A DNA stretch of 64,000 nt. Source: the human T2T-CHM13v2.0 reference genome, Homo sapiens. Positions 14,959 through 25,972 of this stretch are shown here, piece after piece (the first letter of the stretch is position 1; each line of letters starts with the position of its first letter). Position numbers and translations under genes: made by a program. Location: NCBI GenBank assembly GCA_009914755.4, contig CP086569.2, positions 21,760,001 through 21,824,000 of the forward strand, read 5' to 3'. The notes under the pieces are model-generated. The model was not told where the DNA came from, made no database searches, and was given only the letters and a program-made list of their open reading frames with translations.

Positions 14959-15665
14959 ATTGTTTTGCCTAACCACCCTGTGGTTCCCAACTCATACACT
15001 CTTTTGTCCTCAATATCTTCCTCCACAACTATTCCATTCTTGACCTTAAAGATGCGTTTTTTGCTATTCCCCTGCACCCGACATCCCAGCCTCTCTTTGC
15101 TTTTACCTGGACTGACCCTGACACCCCTCAGTCCCTCAGCTTACCTTGGCTGTATTGCCACAGGGTTTCAGGGATAGCCCTCATTACTTCAGCCAAGCTA
15201 TTTCTCATGATTTACTTTCTTTCCACCTATCTGCTTCTCACTTTATTCAATATATTGATGACCTCCTACTTTGTGGCCTCTCCTTTGAATATTCTTGATG
15301 GCAGTTCCACCAGGCCTAATCACCACTCACCAGAAAGGCAGGCTATGCCATAATATCTTCCACATCTATCATTGAGGCTACTGCTTTGCCCCCCTCTACT
15401 AGCTCTCAGAAAGCCAAACTCAATGCCTTAACTCAAGCCCTCACTCTTTCAAAGGGACTATGCATCAATATTTATACTGATTCTAAATATGCCTTACATA
15501 TCCTGCACCACCATGCTGTTATATGGGCAGAAAGAGGTTTTCTTACTATCTAGGGTCCTCCATTATTAATGTCTCCTCAATAAAAACTCTTCTCAAGCCC
15601 ACTTTACTTCCAAAGGAAGCTGCAGTCATTCACTGCAAGGGCCATCAAAAGGTATCAGATCCCAT
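14870..15665 (+). pseudogene. pol: pol: RT with a YIDD motif, plus RNase H. It is frameshifted.
   Basis: ..IQYIDDLLL.. lies near 15250. RNase H reads ..INIYTDSKYAFHILHHHAVIWAERGFLT..AVIHCKGHQK. Confidence 0.6.
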
Positions 15666-15970
15666 CATTCTGTACTCTTCAATAGAATGAAGGGTATACA
15701 TCCCTTCATTCTATTAAGTCTAGTCATCCTTGCCCTACTTTTTGCAACAGGGCTTTACACAGTCACTCCCACTATTTGGAATGCACCCCAAAAACTTGTC
15801 ATCCCTAATATCTTCTGTCTAGTCATACTCCTATTCACCATTCTCAACTACCCATAAGTGCCCAGCCCTTGTTTACACTGCCAGTTTACAGTTTCTCCAA
15901 GCCATCACAGCTGATATCTCCTGGTGCTGTCCCCAAACTGCGACTCTTAACTCCCTTATAGAGTGGATAG

Positions 15971-16500
15971 ATGATCTTTGCTGGCAGGGCACCCTCCAAT
16001 ACTTTCACCCTGATGAAGTTCTATTATTTGCTTGAGCTGAGTTTTTGCTTACTGTTCACCACTGCTGTTTGCTGCCATCACACATCCACCACTGACTTCC
16101 ATCCCTCCAGATCTGGTGGGGTGTCCACTGTGCTTCTGTTCCAGTGAGGCATCCATTGCCACTCTGAATCAGGCTAAAGGCTTGCCATTGTTCCTGCATG
16201 GCTAAGTGCTTGGGTACATCCTAATCAAGCTGAGCACTAGTCACTGGGTTCCATGGTTCTCTTCTGTGACCCATGGCTTCTAATAGAGCTATAACACTCA
16301 CCACGTGGCCCAAGATTCCATTCCTTGTAGTCTGTGAGGCCAAGTACCCCAGGTCAGAGAACACAAGGCTTGCCACCACCTTGGAAGTGGCCCGCCACCA
16401 TCTTGGGAGCTCTGGGAGGAAGGAAGCCCCAGTAACAGTGGGCTTGGTTTTACAGTTTATAACCCTATGGTAAATCATAGTATTCTGCAGGAATAAACAT
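15971..16500 (+). pseudogene. env: env N-terminus, HERV-H-type, truncated.
   Basis: MIFAGRAPSNTFTLMKFYYLLELSFCLLF.. matches the HERV-H env start MIFAGKAPSNTSTLMKFYSLLLYSLLF. Stops and frameshifts follow, and the gene is lost near 16500. Confidence 0.55.
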
Positions 16501-17044
16501 AAGGCCACTTGGTTTAAAAAAAAAATGCTAGCAAAATGCTAATAATTTTTAAGACATTGCTAATACTATTTTACCAATAATTTTAAAGCCACTTTATTTA
16601 TTAAATATTTTGCTTAAGTCACATAAACTTGAAAAATCATTTGACTAGACTTCCTTTAAATATCTGATTTAAGCACTTTTTTAAAGCCAACTAACTACAG
16701 CTGTTTTATATATTTTTAGTAGTGAAATACTGTGTATACAACACATAAATGCATAGATTTATTTAGGCATGCTGATAAAATACATCTTAGATTTATAAAG
16801 ACTTCTTTTCTTCCTTTTTTCCTATCTTAGACTTTCAAATTGTTGATAACATGTTGCATCACCCTAGGCAGTTGTCAGCTAAATAGTACTGCATTTGCAT
16901 ATTAAAGAAATCAACTCAGGTGAATGTCAGATAGCAAAATTTACATCATAAGGTGGGGGAGAAAAAGTTTGGTGTGCTAGAGGGAAATTAAATTGGATTT
17001 AACTGCCAGCTGAACATAAAACTGTAGAAATTATTAAAAACCTT

Positions 17045-17046
<2 letters not shown>

Positions 17047-17083
<37 letters not shown>

Positions 17084-17090
17084 TTGAGAG
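17047..17090. repeat. (ATTT)n microsatellite, about 11 units.
   Basis: tttatttatttattt.. is seen directly. Confidence 0.9.
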
Positions 17091-18152
17091 TTCATCTTGA
17101 CTTTTATTACATACTAGACATATGAACTAACCAGAAATGTGAATGATTCTCTCTACTATTAAAATCGCAGGAAATATATTTCCACCTCCCCATTTTTTTC
17201 TGATATTGCAGTAGCATTTCAGATTTTGGGGATTAGTTCAGGGCAAAGTAGAATTCATGGAAGGCAGTGCATAAATAATTATGAAGCTACTTTTCTGAAA
17301 CTAGTAGTGACTTACTTCATAATAATCACAAGGGTGTGCAGCATTCACAATGCTGCCACTAATCAACTACATATTTTGAACATCTACTGTTACTGGATAC
17401 CAAAGAAAGTGAGATACTTAAGAATCTTCCAGTCTTGTTATAAGCTTCCTATGATCCACTAACTTCTCAAAGGCTTTACAAAGTGCAAAAGTCCTTGCTT
17501 TTTGGAATTTTTTTTTGTGCACCCAGGATGTATAAATGCAACCCTTTTTGCTTCTTGTGCAGGTGTGTGCTTTAACAATCAGTGCTGCTTTTGGCATCAA
17601 TGTAGTATGAGCTATTAAGAGCTTCTAAAAATACTGACCTAAATAGTCAGTTGCCTTCACCCTGTATACTATTCAGGCAAGTCTTCAGAAAGTATAGTGT
17701 TGTATTGCTAGTCCAAAATAAGGTAGGCATGAATATACTCAATCTTGTTTGCACATGCAGCAAAGAATAATTTAAATTTTTGCCCTTAAGGAGTTTTGTG
17801 TTAGGCAGGAGGAAAAACATATTCAACTTCAATTTTGAGGTTGGTAATCAACAGGAAAGAGAAAAATACAAGGCAGTCTAGGATCTAACCTCTGTCTACG
17901 TTTCTAGGCCTATGTCTTAATACTCTTGAAGTGGCACAAGATAGGTTATTTCTAGTTCTTAACAGGTGACTGTTCTTTTGCACAATGTTCTCAAGTTCAG
18001 CTTAAGCAATGCTCCTCTGGAAGTTCACACCCTAACTGAACAGTCACCTTTTTTGTTTTCTTCTGGAATCCTGGTATTATCTGAATAATAAAGGCCATCA
18101 CATTGTACTTTGTAATATATACTTCATCTCTTTCACCTGTGCTCTATGTATT

Positions 18153-18503
18153 GTCACATGTGTCCGTGTGAAGAGACCACCAAACAGGCTTTGTATGAGC
18201 AATAAAGCTTTTTAATCACCTGGGGGTAGGTGGGCTGTGTCTGAGAAGAGAGTGAGCAAAGGGAGATGGGGTGGGGCCTTTTATAGGATTAAGGTAGGTA
18301 GTGGAAAATTACAGTCAAAGGAGGTTGTTCTCTGGTGGCCACAAGGTGCTCAGTGGGAGAGCTTCTGAGCCAGGAGAAGGAATTTCACAAGGTAATGTCA
18401 TCAGTTAAGGCAGGAACCAGTCATTTTCACTTCTTTTGTGATTCTTCAGTTGCTTCATGCCATCTGGATGTATACCTGCTGGCTTGGGCTCAGAGGCCTG
18501 ACA
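18153..18503 (-). mobile_element. LTR7-like LTR, minus orientation.
   Basis: It is the reverse complement of the LTR7 3' end (tgtcacatgtgtccgtgtgaagagaccaccaaacaggctttgt..) through to the LTR start (..gctcagaggcctgaca). Confidence 0.75.
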
Positions 18504-19856
18504 TTCCTGTCTTCTTATATTAATAAGGAAAATAAAACAAAATAGTGGTAAAGTGTTGGGTTCGTGAAAAATTTTGTGGGTGATATGGAAAGATAATGGG
18601 CAATTTTCTCAGGGCTTCTTTGAGCAAGATTATGGGTCACATGGGAAACTAGAGTGGGAGAGATTAAGCTGAAGGAAGATTTTGTGGTAAGCAGTGATAT
18701 TTTGGGATTGTTAGAAGGAGTATTTGTCATATAAAATGATTGGTAAAGGCCTAGATATGGCTTTGTAAGAATTGAGAAACTAAATGGAAGACACAAGGTC
18801 CAAATAAGAGAAGTAGAAAAAGAGGTATTCAAGGACTAAGAATTGTGAGGACCCAGTACATCAAATTAGAGAGTGCCCAAGGGGATTCAGTTTGGGTGGT
18901 GAGTTTTTTGGCTCTATACTTGACAGAGCCCTCCTGTTTCAGTTGGATGCTGAGCTCGGTGAGGTGTATTTTTAAAAGACCATTAGTCTGTTCTACCTTT
19001 CCTGAAGATTGAGGATTGTAAGGGGTATGAAGTTTCCACTGAATACCAAGAGCCTGAGAAACTACTTGGGTGATTTGGCTAATAAAGGCCTGTCTGTTAT
19101 TGGGCTATACAGAGGTGGGAAGGCCAAGCCGAGGAATTGTGTCTGACAGAAGGGAAGAAATGACTGAAGTGGCCTTGTCTGACTGTATGGGAAAAGCCTC
19201 TACATATCCAGTGAAAGTGTATGCCTAGACCAGGAGGTATTTTAGTTTCCTGTCTCAGGGCATGTGAGCAAAGTCAATTTGCAAGTCCTGGACAGGGGCA
19301 AATCCTCATGCTTGATATGTAGGGAAGGGAGAGAGTCTGATAAATTCCTGAGGAGTAGTAGAATAGCATATGAAACACTGAGAAGTGATATTTTGAGGAT
19401 AGATTTCCATGATGGAAAGGAAATGAGAGGTTTTAAGAGGCAGGCTAGCAGCTTGTAACCTACAAGGAAGAGGTTATGAAATGATGACAGAATAGAATTG
19501 GCCTGTGAGGCTGGAAGGATATATTTTCCTTGGTCCAAAACTATTTGCCTTGTGTGGGAAGAGATTGATAGTTGGAAGTTTCAGGTGGGAAGTAGTTGGG
19601 AGTGACTGATGAGAAGGAGAAAAACTGACCATGAGGGACAGAAGTTGGAATGCTAACCGCTTCTTTAGCTACCATATCAGCATAAGAATTGCCCTGAGAG
19701 ATGGGATCTGGGGCCTTTTGGTGGCCCCTGTGGTGAATGACTCCAGCTTCCCTTGGAAGTAAAGCAGCCTTGAGAAGCCTTCTTATTAAAGAGGCATTAA
19801 TGATGGAGGACACTTGTGTAGTGAGCAAACCTCTTTCAGCCCATATAACAGCATGG
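18504..19856 (-). mobile_element. HERV-H/F internal region in minus orientation, heavily deleted. It holds the 3' internal end, IN/env remnants and RNase H only.
   Basis: 18504-18867 is the reverse complement of 20241-20594. The RNase H ORF lies at 19541-19873 on the - strand. Confidence 0.65.
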
Positions 19857-19873
19857 TGGTGTTTTGGCACCAA
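19541..19873 (-). pseudogene. pol: RNase H C-terminal ORF of 110 aa.
   Basis: ..HHHAVIWAERGLLTTQ..AGVIHHRGHQKAPDPISQGNSYADMVAKEA.. It is homologous to the + copy at ~15500-15660 and to the MLV-type IHCPGHQKG..GNRMADQAA motif. Confidence 0.6.
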
Positions 19874-19874
19874 A
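19857..19874 (-). other. PBS in reverse complement, directly abutting RNase H.
   Basis: gttttggcaccaaa is the reverse complement of the tttggtgcc..aaac PBS. The adjacent block ..caaatgtcatgcacgtc matches the reverse complement of 12131-12150. Confidence 0.45.
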
Positions 19875-20240
19875 TGTCATGCACGTCTGTGTAAAGAGAC
19901 CACCAAACAGGATTTGTGTGAGCAACAAGGCTGTTTATTTCACCTGGATGCAGGTGGGCTGTGTACAAAAGAGAGTCAGTGAAGAGAGATAGCAGTGTGG
20001 CTGCTTTATAGGATTTGGGTAGGTATTGAAAAATTGTAGTCAAAGGGGGTTGTTCTAAGTGGGCAGGGGCAGGGATCACAAGGTTCTCACTAGGGGAGCT
20101 TCTGAGACAGGGGAAGGAATTTCACAAGGTAATGTCATCAGATAAGACAGGGACCAGCCATTTTCACTTCTTTTGTGATTCTTTAGTTACTTTAGGCCAT
20201 CTGGATGTATATGTGAAGTCATGGGCTCAGATGCCTGACA
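19875..20240 (-). mobile_element. LTR7-like LTR, minus orientation, with a divergent U5/R.
   Basis: It starts tgtcatgcacgtctgtgtaaagagaccaccaaacagg and ends ..gggctcagatgcctgaca. Confidence 0.75.
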
Positions 20241-20594
20241 CTAAGTTCTCCCAATTCTTAGTCCTTTAACACTTCTTTTTCTCCTTCTCTTATTTGGACC
20301 TTATGTCTTCTGTTTAGTTTCTCAATTCATACAAGATAGCATCAAGGCCATCCCCAATCATTCTATATGACAAATGCTCCTTCTAACAACCCCACAATAT
20401 TGCCCCTTAACAAAAAATCTTCCTTCAGGTTAATCTCTCCCACTCTAGGTTCACATGCCACCCCTAATCCCACTTGAAGCAGCTGTGAGAAACCCTGCCC
20501 GTTATCTTTCTGTAAGACCCTGTAAAATTTTTGCTGCTCCAACACTTCAACACTATTTTGTTTTAGTCTTCATATTAATATAAGGAGACAGGAA
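20241..20594 (+). mobile_element. HERV-H/F 3' internal end, + orientation.
   Basis: It is the reverse complement of 18504-18867, for example ..cttctcttatttggaccttatgtcttctgtttagtttctcaattc.. Confidence 0.6.
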
Positions 20595-20961
20595 TATCAG
20601 ACCTCTGATCCCAAGCCTGCATGTATACATCCAGATGGTGTGAAGCAACTGAAGAATCATAAAAGAAGTGAAGTTGGCCAGTTCCTGCCTTAACTGGTGA
20701 CATTACCTTGAGAAATTCCTTCTCCTGACTCCGAAGCTCCGCCACTGAGCACGTTATGACCCCCCATCCCTGCCCATGAGAGAAAAACACCCTTTGACTG
20801 TAATTTTCCACTACCTACCCAAATTCTATAAAATGGCCCCGCCCCTATCTCCCTTTGCTGACTCTTTTTTTGGACTCAGTCCACCTGCATCCAGGTGATT
20901 AAAAAGATTTATTGCTCACACAAAGCCTGTTTGGTGGTCTCTTCACACGGAAACACATGAC
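20595..20961 (+). mobile_element. LTR7-like LTR, acting as the 3' LTR of a + copy.
   Basis: It starts tatcagacctctgatcccaagcctgcatgtatacatccagatgg and ends ..cacaaagcctgtttggtggtctcttcacacggaaacacatgaca. Confidence 0.75.
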
Positions 20962-23900
20962 ATGAGTTACTACGGGGAAGAATCTGTGTGCCTATCTTCC
21001 TGTTTTCAGTGATGATATGCTGAAAGAATGGTGTAGGAATATAAATATTCCGTTTATCAGTGCTAAGTCTTTTTCACAAAACAAGGCAGAGATCTACTCA
21101 TTTTTGCTCTCTAAACTTGGAAAAGTTAATTTATCCAAATCTTTATTTTTTCCTAACTAGACTGTTCATCTTATTACTAAGATGAAGGAATGTATTGCAA
21201 GTTACATGTTACTATCATTCCCAGTATGAAAGAGCTACTTTGAATTTGAACATGTAAGAGCATTCAACATAGTGCCTGGCACAGTAGAACAGGGCATTAA
21301 CAGGACACTGGACTTGATCCTCAAATTATTTAAGCTGATTGATTAACTGCAAACAATCTAATTAATATTATCTACTATTACTCCTATATATCTATTTTTA
21401 GCTAAGATTTAGGTCCTTCTTAGCATTGAAATTTTAACTGAATTTCAGTTGAACCTTAAGAAATGTTAACCATGACCTTAAAATAACTGCTGTATTCTAA
21501 AATTTGAAGTGATATTCCCAATATTCCTCTTGCCTAGATTAAAAATTGTTGAAGGTCTTCTTTCACTATCAAAGTTCAAAGATACACCACAGCATACAAA
21601 TCAATATATTTAAAAACTATTTATCACGTCCAAAGTAATAAAAGAGATCCCAGTTCAAGTTGACAAAACACAAACTGGATTTAAAGTACTGTATTAAAAA
21701 AGAAAACAAAATGAAAATAAGTTTGTTTAGGGCAATTAAAATAAATATTTCATTTTTAAAGCCATGACACTAAAAAGAATGAAAAACACCTGTAGGATAG
21801 TTTTTTTATATATTTTTTTCATTCTAAGGATCTTGTGCTTTTCAGAGAAAGATAGCTTTCTCGTAAAAGTTCATGCACAAAACACTTACCTATACCTGAC
21901 AAGAGGTTTCAGAGCCTAATCTGCCATTTGGTGAGTCTAAATCCACTAATGTTACATATCAACAATTTCCCACTACTTCTTTTAAGTTATGTCTCATTTA
22001 CCTTCCTCCTTAAGAACTTCATAAGCTTGTTTTAAATATTTTATATACTTGTCATAAACTAGAGTTTGCTAAGAGTACCGGTACTCTGGTTAATGATCAA
22101 AATGGTGTGCCCAGAGGAAAAGCAAGCACTCTTAAATATGAATGCAATCCTTATTAACACAAACTGAGACATTTTAATAAAATGTTAGCCCAAAAAACAT
22201 CTCATTCTATAAAGATTAAACCATTTCCAAATCACAGTGAAAGGAACTTGAGTAATGAACAAATTTTGTTAACTATGTGCCTTAGAGACATCTCACTAAA
22301 ATTTGGGTATCTGACACAATAGAATAACATTTGCAGAAAGTAATATTGTAGGTACAGTACTCAGATTGATTGTTACAGACTATTAAATGGTTACATCTTA
22401 ATTATTTATACAGAACATTGGTCCAATAACATAAAAACAGAGAAAAGCATCTAGAAATTTATCTCTTTCAATGTTTGGAGATAAAACAGTTAACCATCTT
22501 TTCCATTATTTTCTGCAGTAAGTCCTTGTACACAATGAAAGTTGATGGCAATTAAATTCAGGAATTTTCCCCAGCTACTGTATGAAGAGAATGTTGAAGC
22601 CCATTACTATACAGCACACTGCAACATAAGGAATCTTCCATTCACCAATTCTGACACACTTCCAAAATATACCCAACAATTCAGTTTCATTTCTGTCCAT
22701 GAGGCTGGGTGCCAAGGATTGAATATAAACACAGGTACATATAAGCAGCAAGATTATGGTCAATAGACTCTGAAAATTGAAAATAGCAGACATAGCAAGG
22801 ATGGCAATGCCACAGCCACGTCACCCTTCCGGGCCCCAGGTGGCTTAAAAACCTTTTAAATATACACGCACATACACATACACATACATATACATAAAAA
22901 CACAAACATTCCATAGTATTACTTCAGTACTTTGAACATGAGATAATAAAAAACTCCCCAGCTTGCAAATTACAAAAATTCTGTTAGCACTAAATTGTGG
23001 TTTTTATATTAGTAGAAAAGCAAGAGCAGATTAAAAGCTGGCAGAAAATGAAATAAAACAAAAAAAAGAGAGAATATGAATTCTGTAGTTTGCAAGTCAA
23101 TCATAGGGCTGTTTTTCCTTAATGTAAATGTGCATAAAAACCATATTACTTCTATTTTACATATACTATAGCAAGCTGTGGTGCCACAAACCTACAGAGT
23201 GCTTGAAAAAAGATTATTCTCTTTGTTTTTGTCTTTTTCATAGATTATTTGTTTTACACATTTATTTCTTTCTTCAAAGGGGGCACTGAGCTGCGCCCTA
23301 GTGTTTCTGTGTGGTGGACTGATATGCTGCTTGTAGGCAGGACTTCACAGTGTGTCACCACTGATTCATTTCACCTGCTTACACACATCCCATGAAAAGT
23401 CTATAACCTTTGAGAGGGCTCAAGACACTAGGTGATCAGCCCTTATACTCATTTTCTGGATGAACCATTTGTACAACAAAATTTTTTGGGGGATTACTTT
23501 GTGTGACTGCTGCACATCATGGGAGATCAACCACCCAGCCAGTCCCATGAAGTCTCCTGTCACTCAGGGGTGTCTTTCAGCTGGGAGGCACAAATGCCCT
23601 TTTCCTTTGGAGCTGAGAAATCTCAGACTCTGCTTCACCTACGTAAACAGCAGTCCATTTCCTCACGCAAATGTGCACAAACTGAATTAAGATTAATTCT
23701 GGGGAAAAAAAAGAGAGAAAACACTTTAAAATGCATCTCTGAACTAGAATTAGAACCCTAAAACAACAGCTTTCTAGGAGAAAACCCAGCTTGAATAAAT
23801 CCAGAACTGTCAACCAAAACAGAGATCTCGGGCCCAGGAGGACTTACCATCTCCACTGGAGGAGAAGCTTGAAGTTGCATAGGCTCTAATGGGTCCTGCA

Positions 23901-24116
23901 GGTGCCTTAGCTCTAAGTTTGGGTAACTCCTTTGGGGTTCTAAGTCTTCTCTGAGGCCCCACATATTGAGGCACAAAATTATATTCAATGAAAAGTGTCA
24001 AACTGTAAAATATTTTGAAGAGATTTATTCTGAGCCAAATATGACTGACCATGGCCCATGATGCACCCTCCAGCAGACACTGAGAACATGTTCACAAGGT
24101 GGTCTGGATGGCGCTG

Positions 24117-24118
<2 letters not shown>

Positions 24119-24148
<30 letters not shown>
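24119..24148. repeat. Poly(T) run of about 30 nt.
   Basis: Seen directly. Confidence 0.85.
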
Positions 24149-25112
24149 TATTTTAGGGAGGCTTGAGACATCAATCAAATATATTTCAGAAATACATCGG
24201 TTTGGTCCAGCAAGGTGGGACAAGACAACTCGCGGGAGAAGTAGCTTCAAGTTTATACACTAATTTAAACATATTCTGGTTGACAATTGAATGAGTTTGT
24301 CTAAAGACCTGGGATTGATAAAAAGGAAATATTCAAGCTAAGCTAAAACATTGTGGAGACCAATGTTCTTTTGAAGTTTTATAGGGGCTGCCTTTAGAAA
24401 AATGACAAATGCTTCCTATTAAGGCCTTTAAAATGTGCTAAACTATTAGTTTAACTCTTCAGGATTGGCAGGGCCTGAAGAAAAAGATCTAGCCATGTTA
24501 ATAGGGATTCTTTTCAGACACAAACTTGTCCCCACAAAGGACAGCTTTGCAAGACCATTTCAAAATACTGGAAATACACGTTTTGACATAAAATAGTTTG
24601 ACTTCCTTTTCATTACATAATGTTATCCCAGAATTGGATTGGAAAGTAAGACACAGTATATAGGGTTAAATAAAATCCATCTGTTTAGAATTTATGGTTT
24701 GTAGGAGATGGCTACCCAGACCCCTTAGACAGGAATTTAGGCAAATTTTAAAAATCAGATCTTAGTCTTCGCATTTGGCAGAAAATATTATGCTATATTA
24801 TATTTTTCTTATTAGATGTCATTTGCTACTTTGGCAAAGTATTGTTTTCTGAGTGTTTTTATTCTGAAATGTGTTGTATTTTGCAAAATGAGATATTTTC
24901 TGTCTATTGAGCTGATCCTGTGACTTTTGTCTAGTATTCTATTGATGTGATATATTCCATTGATTTTTATATGTTGAATCCATTCTTGTTGCTGGAATAA
25001 ATCTTAGTTCATTGCTGTGTATTATCCTTTTAATATGTTGGTGGGTTTGGAGAGAAGGGGGAGAGATGGGAGAGAGAGAGGGGGAAGAGCAAGTAAGAAG
25101 AATTCCTCCTCT

Positions 25113-25290
25113 TACTTTCAGGAATGTCCTTCTCTCTGTGGATTATCTGTTCTTTTACCACTTTACTTTCCTAAGAAATTTGGTCTTACTTTGCACTGCG
25201 GATTCACTATGATCTATTTCTTGATCAAGATCCAAGAACCCTCACTTGGGGTCTGGATTGGCACCCCATTTCTGAAACATATTTCTGGTG
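25113..25290 (+). mobile_element. LTR-end-like segment (R/U5 with an AATAAA-type signal), possibly the 5' LTR remnant of an ancient ERV.
   Basis: About 170 bp are homologous to 34413-34590 (cttcttactttca.gaa..tcct..ttcttttaccactttactttg/cctaa.aaa.ttg.ctttactttt..c..tgatctatttcttga..caa.aacc.tc.ctt..gtctgga.tgg.acccc.tttctg). Confidence 0.35.
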
Positions 25291-25535
25291 ACTACAGAAG
25301 GGACTCTGGTGCACAAACTCTGACCTAATTGCTACCTTTGGATAGGTGTTGGGGTCTTGTAACATATTTCTGGAGACCACAGAAGGGACTATAGTGCGAA
25401 AACTACCGACTTTGGGTAAGTGGTGGGGTCCTATAATGTATTTCTGGTGAACCAGGGATGACACTGAAGAGACTACCTGACCCAAAGGAAAATCATCTGT
25501 GTGCAACAATTGGCTGACTTTGGGTAAGTGGAGTG
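25278..25535 (+). repeat. Tandem repeat of about 82 bp, three copies, in the ERV leader.
   Basis: Each unit starts (ca)tatttctggtga..cagaagggac and ends ctttgggtaagtgg.g. Units 2 and 3 carry G|GTAAGT. Confidence 0.55.
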
Positions 25536-25640
25536 CATATATCTTGGTAAAGAATGGGATTGGATTAGAGGCCCAACTCATGGGAGCTACAGTATCCTAA
25601 GATAGAGTAGGTTAGAGGTCCTTCTTAATAAAAGGCAAGA

Positions 25641-25972
<332 letters not shown>

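Larger units (their letters stand above)
12148..16500 (+). mobile_element. HERV-H/F internal region: leader, gag, pro, pol (RT and RNase H, with IN largely deleted) and a truncated env.
   Basis: The retroviral gene order is readable in translation. The individual sub-features are listed below. Confidence 0.75.

Noticed and set aside
15690-15860. The hydrophobic peptide MKGIHPFILLSLVILALLFATGL.. was first read as an env TM membrane anchor or signal peptide.
   Set aside because: The canonical HERV-H env start (MIFAGRAPSNTFTLMKFYY..) was then found at 15971. The 15690 stretch therefore lies between RNase H and env and is probably an integrase remnant in the wrong frame.
16490-16525. aataaa followed by a 10-nt A run at the point where env recognisability ends, considered as the poly(A) tail of a retroposed or processed HERV transcript.
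   Set aside because: The + copy retains a complete U3-containing 5' LTR and a PBS. A processed transcript would lack both. A short A run in AT-rich DNA is not sufficient evidence.
18153-20240. The minus-strand HERV unit considered as a simple nested insertion into the + provirus.
   Set aside because: The left flank at ~18140 and the right flank at ~20241 are not contiguous provirus sequence. The right flank is the + 3'-end region, and the left flank is unrecognised DNA. No matching TSD was seen. A simple insertion is therefore not supported, and the arrangement is left as an unresolved rearrangement.
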